From positions 3,020,146 through 3,050,713 of the forward strand of contig OZ244226.1 of the NCBI GenBank assembly GCA_965217035.1: 30,568 bases of DNA, written 5' to 3'. This document shows positions 19,763 through 29,150 of the stretch, in pieces (position 1 is the stretch's first letter; every line of letters starts with the position of its first letter). Under the pieces are notes generated by a model, which made no database searches, was not told the DNA's origin, and saw only the letters and a program-made list of their open reading frames with translations. Source of the stretch: Bacteriovoracaceae bacterium (lineage in GTDB: Bacteria > Bdellovibrionota > Bacteriovoracia > Bacteriovoracales > Bacteriovoracaceae). Made by a program: the position numbers and the translations under genes.

Positions 19763-20462
19763 AAGTTGCCCCTCTAGAGCCTTCAGGATTTTTGGGGTGA
19801 ATCTTTCGACCTGTTCCGATTCTGATTTGCTTGGCCTTAAGGCCTCGAGAGATGAGATATTTTTTTATCGATTTTGCTCTGAGCATAGAGAGCTCTTCGT
19901 TGGTATTCCAAGACCTTGCTGGAATAAATTTAGCAGGAACAGGATCTGTATGCCCATGAATAAGAATAGTTTGATTTTTCAGATAAGGCGCTAATTTTCT
20001 TAATCTTTTTTTTCCACCTCGACTTATACTATAGGAACTAGGACGAAAAAAATTAAAATCCTCAACACTTACGGCATCTTCTTTTTTATACTTGAATCGG
20101 AAAACACTTTTTACCCTCGTTATACCTTTAGCTTTTATTCTAAGAGTAGGTTTGTTGAGCAGTAAAGATTTTGAGATCTCTGTCTCTACAGTGTAGGATA
20201 TTCTTTCAACCTCAGACTTTTGAACTTCGATAACTTTCGGAGCTGCTATTGGTGTTGACTGGACTTTGGCAATCGAGATAGTTTTTTTTGTTGGTTCTTT
20301 GAAATTTATGATATGATTTTGAATACCTCGATAAAATATAACAACAAGTATAAAAACAGACATAGCACTTAAGACGTTTAAAAACTCAGGGAAAAGACCA
20401 ATCGTCTGTCTCGGAACTTCTAAGATAATTTCAGAGGGACGTTTCTTTTTCAGTCGCTTCAT
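19749..20462 (-). CDS. Divergent MotB-like protein (single TM plus OmpA-like peptidoglycan-binding domain)
   Basis: Basic N-terminus, one TM helix, IHGHTDPVP..NEELSMLRA. ATGA-coupled to the upstream MotA-like gene. Confidence 0.78.
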   Translation of the reverse strand: MKRLKKKRPSEIILEVPRQTIGLFPEFLNVLSAMSVFILVVIFYRGIQNHIINFKEPTKKTISIAKVQSTPIAAPKVIEVQKSEVERISYTVETEISKSLLLNKPTLRIKAKGITRVKSVFRFKYKKEDAVSVEDFNFFRPSSYSISRGGKKRLRKLAPYLKNQTILIHGHTDPVPAKFIPARSWNTNEELSMLRAKSIKKYLISRGLKAKQIRIGTGRKIHPKNPEGSRGATFILK

Positions 20463-21274
20463 TTTATATTCATTTTTACTGGGCCAGGAAGCTCAGGTGG
20501 TTGACTGGTCTCAAATTCAAACTCGAAATGTCCTGCCCTTTTAGAAGGCTTTACATGAACCTTTAGAGCATGTTCTACATTTTGAGGGAATTTTTCAGTT
20601 GCGATAAGGTTAATACCTCTAACTATCATTTTTCGAATTTCGATATCTTTATTAAAAATATGGTGGATTCTATTTGTAAGCGGTTGAAATCCAAAATGAG
20701 AGAGAAGGAAGCCATTAACAATAGTTGCCAATGGAAGAGTGAATAATTGACCTAAATTTGGCGTTGTTTGAGTTTCAAAGAATAAAGGCAGCGCCATGAC
20801 TAAAGCGATAACAAAAGAGAGTTGAATCGGAAGTTTTCCAATCGTTAGGAGCTTTGTCAGATCATGAGCATGTCTATTTTTTCGTTCACTAATATCATGG
20901 TTCATCGTATCTTTTACTTGCCAAGCATCTTGTAGAAAACTGATATGTTTAACTCCATCAACGATGAAAGGGTGAAAGTTTTGTCTTTCAACCAAAGCAA
21001 GATCTTCTTGTTTCGCTAGCTTTTGAACTCCTGATATTTGATTGATGATGTCTTCTGGTTTGAGTTCTGGAGCCTTAATAATTCCTAATACATTATTTTT
21101 CAGGGCCTTAAGATCTTTAAAACCATAGCTTAATATCATTGATACCGACGTTGCTGCTAAAATAGAAAAAAGTAGAGACAGATTAGTCGTGAGGCTGAGT
21201 TGTGGAGTCATTGTTATCATTAAAACAACTCCAGTAACCATAGCTCCTGCGATGATATAAAGTGTTGTTTTCAT
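20459..21274 (-). CDS. Divergent MotA/PomA-like stator protein
   Basis: Four TM segments; AKQEDLALVE (cf. ARxEGLLALE), HPFIVDGV, GFLLSHFGFQPL, KMIVRGINLI..P. ATG 21274 has SD GAGG. Confidence 0.78.
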   Translation of the reverse strand: MKTTLYIIAGAMVTGVVLMITMTPQLSLTTNLSLLFSILAATSVSMILSYGFKDLKALKNNVLGIIKAPELKPEDIINQISGVQKLAKQEDLALVERQNFHPFIVDGVKHISFLQDAWQVKDTMNHDISERKNRHAHDLTKLLTIGKLPIQLSFVIALVMALPLFFETQTTPNLGQLFTLPLATIVNGFLLSHFGFQPLTNRIHHIFNKDIEIRKMIVRGINLIATEKFPQNVEHALKVHVKPSKRAGHFEFEFETSQPPELPGPVKMNIK

Positions 21275-21316
21275 AGACTTTACCTCAAAAGAGTCAGACG
21301 TTTCATTTATAAGCAC

Positions 21317-21344
21317 TTATCGGTTATTCAACCTAAAAAATATA
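21317..21344 (-). promoter_or_regulatory. Putative sigma-28 promoter of the motAB-like pair
   Basis: Minus-strand ACCGATAA (21324-21317) matches the -10 box GCCGATAA. The -35 is weak and overlapped by the inverted repeat AACCTA-N7-TAGGTT (21330-21348). Confidence 0.45.
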
Positions 21345-21582
21345 GGTTAAGAAGCGGCAAAGAAAATTTTGCATAAGTCACTTGTACCTAAAGATATCCA
21401 TATCTTTTACGAGTTCTTTTCTATGTTAAAGGGGCTCAAGGTCGAATACAAAAGCTTCTGGGGAAAACTCTTTCAAATCAAAGACTTAGAGAACTTAAGA
21501 GAACTATCAAAAGTTTGGTCAGTCTTGAGAATTTATCAAATATCTGAGGCGTTGTCTGAGGACAAGTATTTCAAAGATTGAG

Positions 21583-21625
21583 AAAGGTGTTAGATGACAT
21601 TTTTGAAAAGTCATCTAACATCTTT
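21583..21625. terminator. Long hairpin, possible intrinsic (bidirectional) terminator
   Basis: Perfect 11-bp stem TGTTAGATGAC(21588-21598)/GTCATCTAACA(21610-21620), extendable by AAAGG/TCTTT, with short A/T flanks. Confidence 0.5.
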
Positions 21626-21709
21626 TGCAAATAACTGTGTTATTTTAGACATTTCATTGATGGATTGTCGTCGATATCTTCAACCTTGAAGGTAAGAAGA
21701 AGGTTTTGA

Positions 21710-22071
21710 ACTCTCTCGGTCAAAGTTTCTAAAGTTTCTCTTGAAGATTTTAAAGATAAGAACTTTCTTAAAGATCTGCCTTTATTACTGTATTCAGAAA
21801 AATTTCAACCCTTGGAGCTTTGGTGTAAAAATTTAAAATTCCTTATGAGAAATTAAAAATTAAAGCGATTGTAGACGACTGGTCGAGGATTGTTTCGATG
21901 GTTGAAAATGAAGAAGGAATTACTATTTGCCCATCTTCATTTGGGGGCAATGATGAAAAGGTTAAGTGATTAGAAATTCCTAAAAAAGTAATACCGGAGA
22001 CGGTATTTTATTTATATTCAAGGACTGATCTAGAAGATATCTTTCCTATAGATCTTGTTTTTAAATTCTAG
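21710..22071 (+). pseudogene. LysR-family regulator remnant (C-terminal substrate-binding domain)
   Basis: Reads LKDLPLLLYSEKFQPLELWCK, then a frameshift in the A5 run 21827-21831, then FKIPYEKLKIKAIVDDWSRIVSMVENEEGITICPSS..VK*(21967-21969)LEIPKKVIPETVFYLYSR. No intact HTH was found upstream. Confidence 0.68.
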
Positions 22072-22293
22072 ATCTTGGAGGCCTGTAAATTTTTCAAAAA
22101 ACTTGATGTGCGCAATGCGTCAGTGTAGTCTTTCCTGGTTCTTAAAATGCTTTGGAGAGCTTCATGAGACTCATGATCGTCATTTCGGTTTTATTATTTT
22201 CTAAGATCGTCTTGAGCTTAGATTATTCTGGTGAATCAGCTAATCTCGAGAGTAAGTATACTTATTCAATTGAAGTTTCTCGAAAGTAATTTC

Positions 22294-23244
22294 TTATTCA
22301 ACGACTCCTATTTTTTGTGCCTTCACGTCTTGCTTATTCATTAAATTAATAAAATAGCTTTTGACTTGTGGTGAAATAACCACGGTGAAACCTATCCCCA
22401 TATTAAAAGTCGAATAAAGCTCCTCATGAGAAAGCCCTGTTCGATGTTGAAGAAGTTTGAAGATTTGAGGAGGTTCGGGGTAATTCGTAATTTTAAATTT
22501 TCGTTCTTTGTTCATACGAGCAATATTTTGAAAACCTCCGCCTGTAATATGGGCCATTCCTTTAATAAGACCAGGGTTTGTATCAATAAATCTAAGAATG
22601 GGCTGGACATAAAGTCGAGTCGGAGTGAGAAGTTCTCTCATGAGATCTCTTTCATGTTTAGCTACGACTTTTCTAATTAGCGAATACCCATTGGAATGGG
22701 GACCTGATGATTCGAGACCAATAATAACATCGCCAGGTTTAATTCGATTACCTGTGATAACTTTATTCTTTTGAACTTCTCCGACACAAAAACCAGCAAG
22801 GTCATAATCATCAAATTGATACATTCCAGGCATTTCAGCTGTTTCTCCACCAATGAGAGCAACCCCAGCCTCTTTACAAGCGCGAGCAATTCCTTCAACC
22901 ACATCTTTATGAGATTTTAAATCAAGTCTTCCGGTTGCAAGATAATCTAGGAAAAATAAAGGTCGAGCTCCTGCGCAAATCAAATCATTCACACACATAG
23001 CAACGAGATCTTGGCCTATAGTATCATGAAGCCCCATCTCAATCGCAAATCGTATCTTCGTTCCAACTCCATCGGTTGCAGCGGCGAGGTAACGATCTCC
23101 CATATCATAAAGAGCACAAAAGCCGCCGAGGTTTGTGACAACTTTTTCATCAAAGGTTGATCCAGCAAAACGTTTAATCGAATCAACAAAACGATCAGCT
23201 TTTTGAATGTCGACTCCAGCGTCCTTATAAGTGATTGTCTGCAT
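22294..23244 (-). CDS. purM: Phosphoribosylformylglycinamidine cyclo-ligase (AIR synthetase)
   Basis: YKDAGVD, TDGVGTK, DLVAMCVND, GGETAEMPG, SSGPHSNGYSL, HITGGG, TFNMGIG. Confidence 0.99.
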   Translation of the reverse strand: MQTITYKDAGVDIQKADRFVDSIKRFAGSTFDEKVVTNLGGFCALYDMGDRYLAAATDGVGTKIRFAIEMGLHDTIGQDLVAMCVNDLICAGARPLFFLDYLATGRLDLKSHKDVVEGIARACKEAGVALIGGETAEMPGMYQFDDYDLAGFCVGEVQKNKVITGNRIKPGDVIIGLESSGPHSNGYSLIRKVVAKHERDLMRELLTPTRLYVQPILRFIDTNPGLIKGMAHITGGGFQNIARMNKERKFKITNYPEPPQIFKLLQHRTGLSHEELYSTFNMGIGFTVVISPQVKSYFINLMNKQDVKAQKIGVVE

Positions 23245-23257
23245 TTATCGCTCCTAA

Positions 23258-24793
23258 TTAATGTTTAAAATGTCGCATACCTGTTAAAGTCATTGAAAGT
23301 CCTAATTCATCACAGGTTTTTATAACTTCTTCATCGCGAATACTCCCACCGGGTTGTACGATATGATGAATGTCAATCTCTGTACAAAGTTTTACAATGT
23401 CATCAAAGGGAAAGAAAGCATCTGACGTTAAGATTGAGTCAGCAATGAAGTCAGCTTCAAACCGAGCAAGGTCATAAAATTTCTTTGCCGCAAGCTGAAA
23501 GCTGTCAAGTCTATTAGGCTGACCAGCTCCAGAGCCTGTTAGCCAAAAACTTCCGTCTTTATCCGATGAAACGATTGCAATCGCATTACTCTTTAAATGC
23601 TTTACAGCAATATTCCCAAAAGGAATCATTTGAGTGTGATTTTGAGAAAACTTTTTTTGGGTCACTGTTTTGAAGTCCTTTGAAAACACAAAGTCTTTTC
23701 TCTGAACAAGTTGCGCCCCCATAAGATTTCGAGTCTCCCAGATATCGAGTGTTTGAAAAGGCTTTATCTGGAAAAGTCTTAAGTTTTTTTTCTTTTCAAA
23801 GAGTGTCTTCGCTTCATCGCTAAATTTAGGTGCCATCACAATTTCAACAAAATTTTGAATGAGAAACTCAGCTTGTTCTTTATCAATCGTCGAATTTGTC
23901 GCAACAATACTTCCAAAAGCAGAAGTCGAATCACCTTTCCAGGCCAACTCTAAAGCTGATTGAGCATTTTTTGTCGTTGAAAGCCCACAAGGACCTAAAT
24001 GCTTAACAACTGTCGTTGAGACTTTCTCAGGAAATACGAGATTGAGTTCACTAATCAATTCCCAAGCAGCATTCATATCAAGATAGTTATTATAGCTGAA
24101 TTCTTTTCCTTGAAGCTTTTCTCCGTTGAGAAGACTTTCTTTTCTATTGGTCGGTAGAAGAAAGGCCTTTTGATGAGGATTTTCTCCATAGCGTAGAGTT
24201 GATTGGGGTTGTAATTGATCCACTAAAGTTTGAGTAATATAGGAATCATAATCAGCAGTCGATCGAAAGACTTCGAGTGCGCATTTTTTTCTAAAATCAA
24301 GCGAGGTTTCTCCATTCTCTTTAAATTCATTTAGAAAACTTGCATATTGAGTTGGTGAGTTAAGTACAGTCACATCTTCATAGTTTTTAGCTGCTGAGCG
24401 TAGCATGGTCGGTCCACCAATATCAATATTCTCGATTAAAGTTGAGAGGTCTGCTGTCTTTTTAGAGACTTCTTCAAAAGGATAAAGATTCACGACGACA
24501 AGATCGATCGGAAGGATATCGAGATCAATTGTCTGCTGACAGTGTTTTTCATTTTGTCTTTGAAACAGGATTCCAGCTTCTACCTTAAAACTTAAAGTTT
24601 TGACTCGCCCATCTAGACATTCAGGATTTCCCGTAATTTTTTCAATAGGAGTGACTGGAACTTTTAAACCTTCAATAATCTTTGCTGTTCCTCCGGTAGA
24701 AATGATTTCAACATTTTTTTCATGAAGAGCTTGAACGAGAGGAGCAAGTTCAGATTTATCAGAAACACTAATTAGGGCCCTTTTAATAGTCAC
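23258..24793 (-). CDS. purH: Bifunctional AICAR transformylase / IMP cyclohydrolase
   Basis: RALISVSDK, STGGT, GRVKTL, IDIGGPTMLRSAAKN, LRYGENPHQ, SDAFFPF, QPGGSIRD, RHFKH. The GTG start overlaps the purQ stop. Confidence 0.98.
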   Translation of the reverse strand: MTIKRALISVSDKSELAPLVQALHEKNVEIISTGGTAKIIEGLKVPVTPIEKITGNPECLDGRVKTLSFKVEAGILFQRQNEKHCQQTIDLDILPIDLVVVNLYPFEEVSKKTADLSTLIENIDIGGPTMLRSAAKNYEDVTVLNSPTQYASFLNEFKENGETSLDFRKKCALEVFRSTADYDSYITQTLVDQLQPQSTLRYGENPHQKAFLLPTNRKESLLNGEKLQGKEFSYNNYLDMNAAWELISELNLVFPEKVSTTVVKHLGPCGLSTTKNAQSALELAWKGDSTSAFGSIVATNSTIDKEQAEFLIQNFVEIVMAPKFSDEAKTLFEKKKNLRLFQIKPFQTLDIWETRNLMGAQLVQRKDFVFSKDFKTVTQKKFSQNHTQMIPFGNIAVKHLKSNAIAIVSSDKDGSFWLTGSGAGQPNRLDSFQLAAKKFYDLARFEADFIADSILTSDAFFPFDDIVKLCTEIDIHHIVQPGGSIRDEEVIKTCDELGLSMTLTGMRHFKH

Positions 24794-25530
24794 TGTGACT
24801 CCATTAAATATTCAAAGGCGTTTCTAAAAAAGACGGCGCCCCAATGGTTATTCGTTGATTGTGTATTCATTGTTGGATCAAGATTTTGTGTCATGGCAGC
24901 TTCCGGATGAGGCATAATCCCAAAAACATTTCCTGCTTTATTCGTTATGGCCGCTGTTTGTTGAAAGGATCCATTCACATCTTTGGTATAATGAATGGCC
25001 TTAAAACTTTCAAAACGTTTTTGATAAGCATCACTGACTTTAAGATTACCTTCTCCGTGTCGGATAGGGAGATGGAAGCTTTCAGGGAGATTTCTGAGCC
25101 AAGGTGAGTTATTCTGGAAATTAGGCTTCATTTCGACCCATCGATTAATGAATTGTGCTTGATCATTATCAACTAGGGCGAAATGCGATTCTTTATTATT
25201 AAAGTCTGTAAAAGCATTAAGGCTCGTGAGAACTTGAAAACCATTACAAATTCCAATCACAAGATTCCCACTTTCGATAAACTCTTTAATTTCATTAAGA
25301 AGGTATTTTTTGATTTTAAGAGCAAGGATCTTCCCGCTTTGAATTTCATCGCCGAAACTAAAACCTCCAGGGAAGGCTAAAAGTTTATAATTTTTGAGTT
25401 TATTTGGAGTTTCTACAAGTTGATTGATATGAATAATATCACTTTCGAAACCAACTGATTTCAAGGCTTCAGAAGTTTCGATTTCACAATTAATTCCGTC
25501 TCCGCTGAGGACAAGGGCCTTAAAACTCAT
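24790..25530 (-). CDS. purQ: FGAM synthase glutaminase subunit
   Basis: GINCEIE, PGGFSFGD, GICNGFQ, PIRHGEG, GIMPHPE. ATG 25530 lies 8 nt after SD GGAG. Confidence 0.97.
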   Translation of the reverse strand: MSFKALVLSGDGINCEIETSEALKSVGFESDIIHINQLVETPNKLKNYKLLAFPGGFSFGDEIQSGKILALKIKKYLLNEIKEFIESGNLVIGICNGFQVLTSLNAFTDFNNKESHFALVDNDQAQFINRWVEMKPNFQNNSPWLRNLPESFHLPIRHGEGNLKVSDAYQKRFESFKAIHYTKDVNGSFQQTAAITNKAGNVFGIMPHPEAAMTQNLDPTMNTQSTNNHWGAVFFRNAFEYLMESQ

Positions 25531-28474
25531 TATCATTTCTCCAATAGTTCTCTAATTCCAATAAACTCAAATCAAAATATTCTTTATCTTGATTAAAAAA
25601 CTTCAATCGCGTCCCACTGGTAACAATCCCTAGTTGCTTTGCTGTTGGAAAGGCCTTGAGAAGCTCGTTCTCTTTGTCTGGACTAACACTTACAATAAAA
25701 GACCCTGCCATTTCGTTATAAAAACAGGCGTTGATCATCCTGTCAGGAACATTGTTTTCAAGTATTGCCCCTAAATGGTTTCCAAAACAAGACTCAAGCA
25801 CAGAAGTAACAATTCCCCCTTCTGAAACATCATGACAGCTATTGAATAATTTTGACTGATGCGCTTGATAGATATTCTTATAAAGGTCAAAGTTTTTATC
25901 AAGATCACAGATTGGGACCTTCGCTTCTGTTTTATAATATTGAGTAAACTCGGAGATCGTTGTATAGGAAAAATTCTCTTCAAAAGTATAAGGAGATAAA
26001 AAATAAATCTTATCATCTGGATTTTTGAAAGCTGTGGTGGTTGATTTATCAATATCTGGAACATATCCCATGGCAGTGACTAATAACGTAGGTGGCACAG
26101 CAATCTTTACTCCTGATGGATCGCTGAAGTTATTTTTCATAGAATCTTTTCCACTAATGAGTGGAGCTCCATAAGTTGTACAGGCATCATAGAGTGCTTG
26201 AGCTGAACGAACGAGTTGGGCGAGTCGGTGAGGGCCTTCTGGATTATTCGCAGTCTCTACTGGATCGGCCCAGCAGAAGTTATCAAGCAGAGAGATCTTC
26301 TTAGGGTCAGCTCCAAGAGTAATTAAGTTTCTTACCGCTTCATCAACACTTTGAAGTGTCATCTCGTAAGTATCGTAATAACTCAGTTTCGGATTAATCC
26401 CACAAGAAATAGCAACTGCGGCTTTCTCATTGCCTCCATAATTCTTAAGCCAGACGAGACCTGAATCACTTGGTGATTTTTGAGTTCTGCCATTAAAGGG
26501 TTTTATTATAGTAGAGGCGCGAACTTCTTGATCATATTGACGGACATAATGATCTTTTGAACGGATATTAGGCCGAGAAAGCATTGTGATAAGTGTTTCT
26601 CTATGATCATCTGTTACTTCAACTCTGAAGTCTTCTCCATGCCAATAAGTTCTTTGAGTTTCAGGTTGGTATTCCGCTTTGAGTTCTAACTGAGGGCATC
26701 CATTATGGAGAAATTCAAGATTAAGATAGGCGACGATTTCTTTTCCATAATAGATATCAAGGTAACCTGTATCAGTGAACTTACCAATTGCAGTTGATTC
26801 TATATTGTATTGCCTTGAAAGGGTCTCGAACTTATCTTTGTTGATAGTTGGAACGGCAAGAGTCATTCTCTCTTGAGACTCACTGACCATAATTTGAAAA
26901 GGCGACAGGCCTGGATACTTAAGTGGAACTTTTGCTAGATCTAAAGTTGCACCATTAGTTTCTTCGGCCATTTCTCCAACGCTAGAACTCAGACCACCGG
27001 CTCCATTATCTGTAATCCCTGAATAAAGACCTTCTCTTTGAGCATGCATCAGAAAATCAGTCACACGTTTTTGTGTAAGAGGGTCTCCGATTTGAACAGC
27101 GCTGGAGGGAGAATTCTCATCAAGTTCTAGCGAACTAAAAGTTGCTCCATGAATGCCATCCATTCCTACACGACCTCCAATCATATAAATGAGATCTCCT
27201 TTTTTATAAGGCTTCTCTGCACTCGGTTTGCCATTAACGGTCTGAGGGAGAACTCCTATTGTTCCACAGTAAACAAGAGGTTTTCCCATATAATCATCAT
27301 CGAAAGTAATGGCACCATTAACTGTAGGGATTCCTGACTTGTTTCCACCGTCTTTTACTCCCTTATGAACACCATTTAGGATTGTTTTTGGGGAGAGAAG
27401 ATTAGAGGGTAAATAAACCTTATGCATGTTTTCCATCGATCCCACGCAAAAAACATTGGTATTAGCGATAGGAAGTGCTCCCATACCGCAACCAAGAATG
27501 TCTCTATTAACTCCGAGGATCCCTGTAAGCGCTCCTCCGTAAGGATCGAGAGCGGACGGACTATTATGCGTTTCGACTTTGGCACAAAGATCAATTTTAT
27601 CATCAAAACGAACGATACCAGCGTTATCTTTAAAGAGACTTATGGCCCAAGGAATTTTGTGTTTTTCAATTGTATCTGTTGAAGCTTTAACAATCTTTTC
27701 TTTAAATAGATTTTCTATTTTTTGATTACCAATTTTCTTTTGTTGTAAGTCTGCTGGCTCTGAATAATCAATCTTTGCCTGGAAAATTTTATGTTTACAA
27801 TGTTCACTCCAGGTTTGAGCGATGATTTCAATCTCAACATCAGTCGGATCAGCACTTATCCCTTTTTCATTCCTTTGCTTTGAGACGATTCCTTTCATGA
27901 AATAATCTTTAATCGTTTGTAGTTCATTTCTGTTAAGTGCCCAACAGTTCTTAATATTCCATTCTTCAAGTTCTTCAATCGACTTTGTGAAATTAAGAAT
28001 CTTAGCCTTCTTGAATTTATATTCAACCTTTCCAAGATCAACTGATTTAAATCGATCTGTATAATAAGGGCTATCAATCGAGCCTTCTGTGAAATTATGA
28101 AGTAGATGATTTCCAAGTAAATGAGTTTTTATTTTCGGATTTTTATCGTTGAAAAGAAAAAGCTCTCCTGTTGTCACTTCGAGATTCTTTTTTGGAAAGA
28201 AGTAATGAATTGATTCCTTGATTGCATTGGCGGTATTATCTGTAACTCCAAATTTAAACTTCTTATCAACGAAATATTGAGAGGTTGTTTCAGTCGCTTC
28301 GAGTTCAAAGTTTTCAGTGAGATTATTTGAGAGGATATTTTTTGTAATCTGAGAGACAATATCTTGAGTCAGTTCAGGATGAGTCAGGTAAATGACCTTT
28401 TTCTTTGTGTATTCAAAGTCATCCATTTTATGAAGATGTTGTTTTTTTGGAGAAATTTCGATTCGATAGGTCAT
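25520..28474 (-). CDS. purL: FGAM synthase synthetase subunit, ~1000-aa form with fused N-terminal PurS-like region
   Basis: QTWSEHCKHK, DNAG, KVETHNSPS, GGRVGMDGIHGATFSS, DNGAGGLSS, SESQERM, SGKDS, HDVSEGG. No glutaminase domain. Confidence 0.97.
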   Translation of the reverse strand: MTYRIEISPKKQHLHKMDDFEYTKKKVIYLTHPELTQDIVSQITKNILSNNLTENFELEATETTSQYFVDKKFKFGVTDNTANAIKESIHYFFPKKNLEVTTGELFLFNDKNPKIKTHLLGNHLLHNFTEGSIDSPYYTDRFKSVDLGKVEYKFKKAKILNFTKSIEELEEWNIKNCWALNRNELQTIKDYFMKGIVSKQRNEKGISADPTDVEIEIIAQTWSEHCKHKIFQAKIDYSEPADLQQKKIGNQKIENLFKEKIVKASTDTIEKHKIPWAISLFKDNAGIVRFDDKIDLCAKVETHNSPSALDPYGGALTGILGVNRDILGCGMGALPIANTNVFCVGSMENMHKVYLPSNLLSPKTILNGVHKGVKDGGNKSGIPTVNGAITFDDDYMGKPLVYCGTIGVLPQTVNGKPSAEKPYKKGDLIYMIGGRVGMDGIHGATFSSLELDENSPSSAVQIGDPLTQKRVTDFLMHAQREGLYSGITDNGAGGLSSSVGEMAEETNGATLDLAKVPLKYPGLSPFQIMVSESQERMTLAVPTINKDKFETLSRQYNIESTAIGKFTDTGYLDIYYGKEIVAYLNLEFLHNGCPQLELKAEYQPETQRTYWHGEDFRVEVTDDHRETLITMLSRPNIRSKDHYVRQYDQEVRASTIIKPFNGRTQKSPSDSGLVWLKNYGGNEKAAVAISCGINPKLSYYDTYEMTLQSVDEAVRNLITLGADPKKISLLDNFCWADPVETANNPEGPHRLAQLVRSAQALYDACTTYGAPLISGKDSMKNNFSDPSGVKIAVPPTLLVTAMGYVPDIDKSTTTAFKNPDDKIYFLSPYTFEENFSYTTISEFTQYYKTEAKVPICDLDKNFDLYKNIYQAHQSKLFNSCHDVSEGGIVTSVLESCFGNHLGAILENNVPDRMINACFYNEMAGSFIVSVSPDKENELLKAFPTAKQLGIVTSGTRLKFFNQDKEYFDLSLLELENYWRNDNEF

Positions 28475-28475
28475 A

Positions 28476-29147
28476 TTAACTCTCTAATAATAATTGCCTG
28501 AAGACTTTGGGATAGACTTGTTTTTCTAAACTCTTTCCTCTTTCGATAAATTCTTCAAGGGTATCATTTTCTTTCTTTTCAAAAGTCACTTGTTTGATTA
28601 ATGGTCCAGTATCTATTCCTTGATCAACATAATGAATACTCACTCCACCTTCTGTCTCATCCGACTCAAAGGTTCGTTCATAAGCTCTGAGACCCGTAAA
28701 GAGGGGAAGTTTTGAAGGATGAATATTGATAATTTTTTTTGGATATTTTTGAATAAAGTCAGCAGAAAGGAGTCTCATGTACCCAGCTAAAAAGATCCAT
28801 TCTACATTATCTCGTTGAAGAACTTTATCAATTGCCGATTCATGTTCCGCTTTAGTTCCTTTCTTTTCAATGATCGTAAGTTTTTGTTCGTATTGACTAA
28901 AGCGTTTTGCTATTTCTGGATTGGGTTGATCACAAATAATATGAGTGATTTGAATCTCTTTAGGGTGATTAAGAGCAGCAGTGTACAATGACTCTGCTAT
29001 ACTACCTTGTCCCGAAGCAAATATTGCAACTTTTTTCCTCTTCGTATTTAATTCCTCAGGGTTGTTGCGGCTCCTTTGCTGTATTTCCTCGGATGTGGCT
29101 TCAGGGGCTGCGCCTACCTGAGAAGCTAAATCCTTTGAGGATGCCAT
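28476..29147 (-). CDS. purN: Phosphoribosylglycinamide formyltransferase with ~34-aa N-terminal extension
   Basis: AIFASGQGS, LAGYMRLL, INIHPSKLP, H.VDQGIDTGP; SD GGGAG before ATG 29147. Confidence 0.96.
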   Translation of the reverse strand: MASSKDLASQVGAAPEATSEEIQQRSRNNPEELNTKRKKVAIFASGQGSIAESLYTAALNHPKEIQITHIICDQPNPEIAKRFSQYEQKLTIIEKKGTKAEHESAIDKVLQRDNVEWIFLAGYMRLLSADFIQKYPKKIINIHPSKLPLFTGLRAYERTFESDETEGGVSIHYVDQGIDTGPLIKQVTFEKKENDTLEEFIERGKSLEKQVYPKVFRQLLLES

Positions 29148-29150
29148 TGA

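Noticed and set aside
19749..21274. Zorya ZorAB anti-phage system
   Set aside because: The A subunit lacks the long ZorA cytoplasmic tail, has flagellar MotA-like motifs, and no zorC/D/E genes are adjacent.
21369..21581. 70-aa ORF as a real gene
   Set aside because: TTG start without an SD, no recognisable motif, and located in a decayed region.
22115..22204. 29-codon ORF MRQCSLSW...
   Set aside because: No SD or motif; more likely part of a broken remnant.
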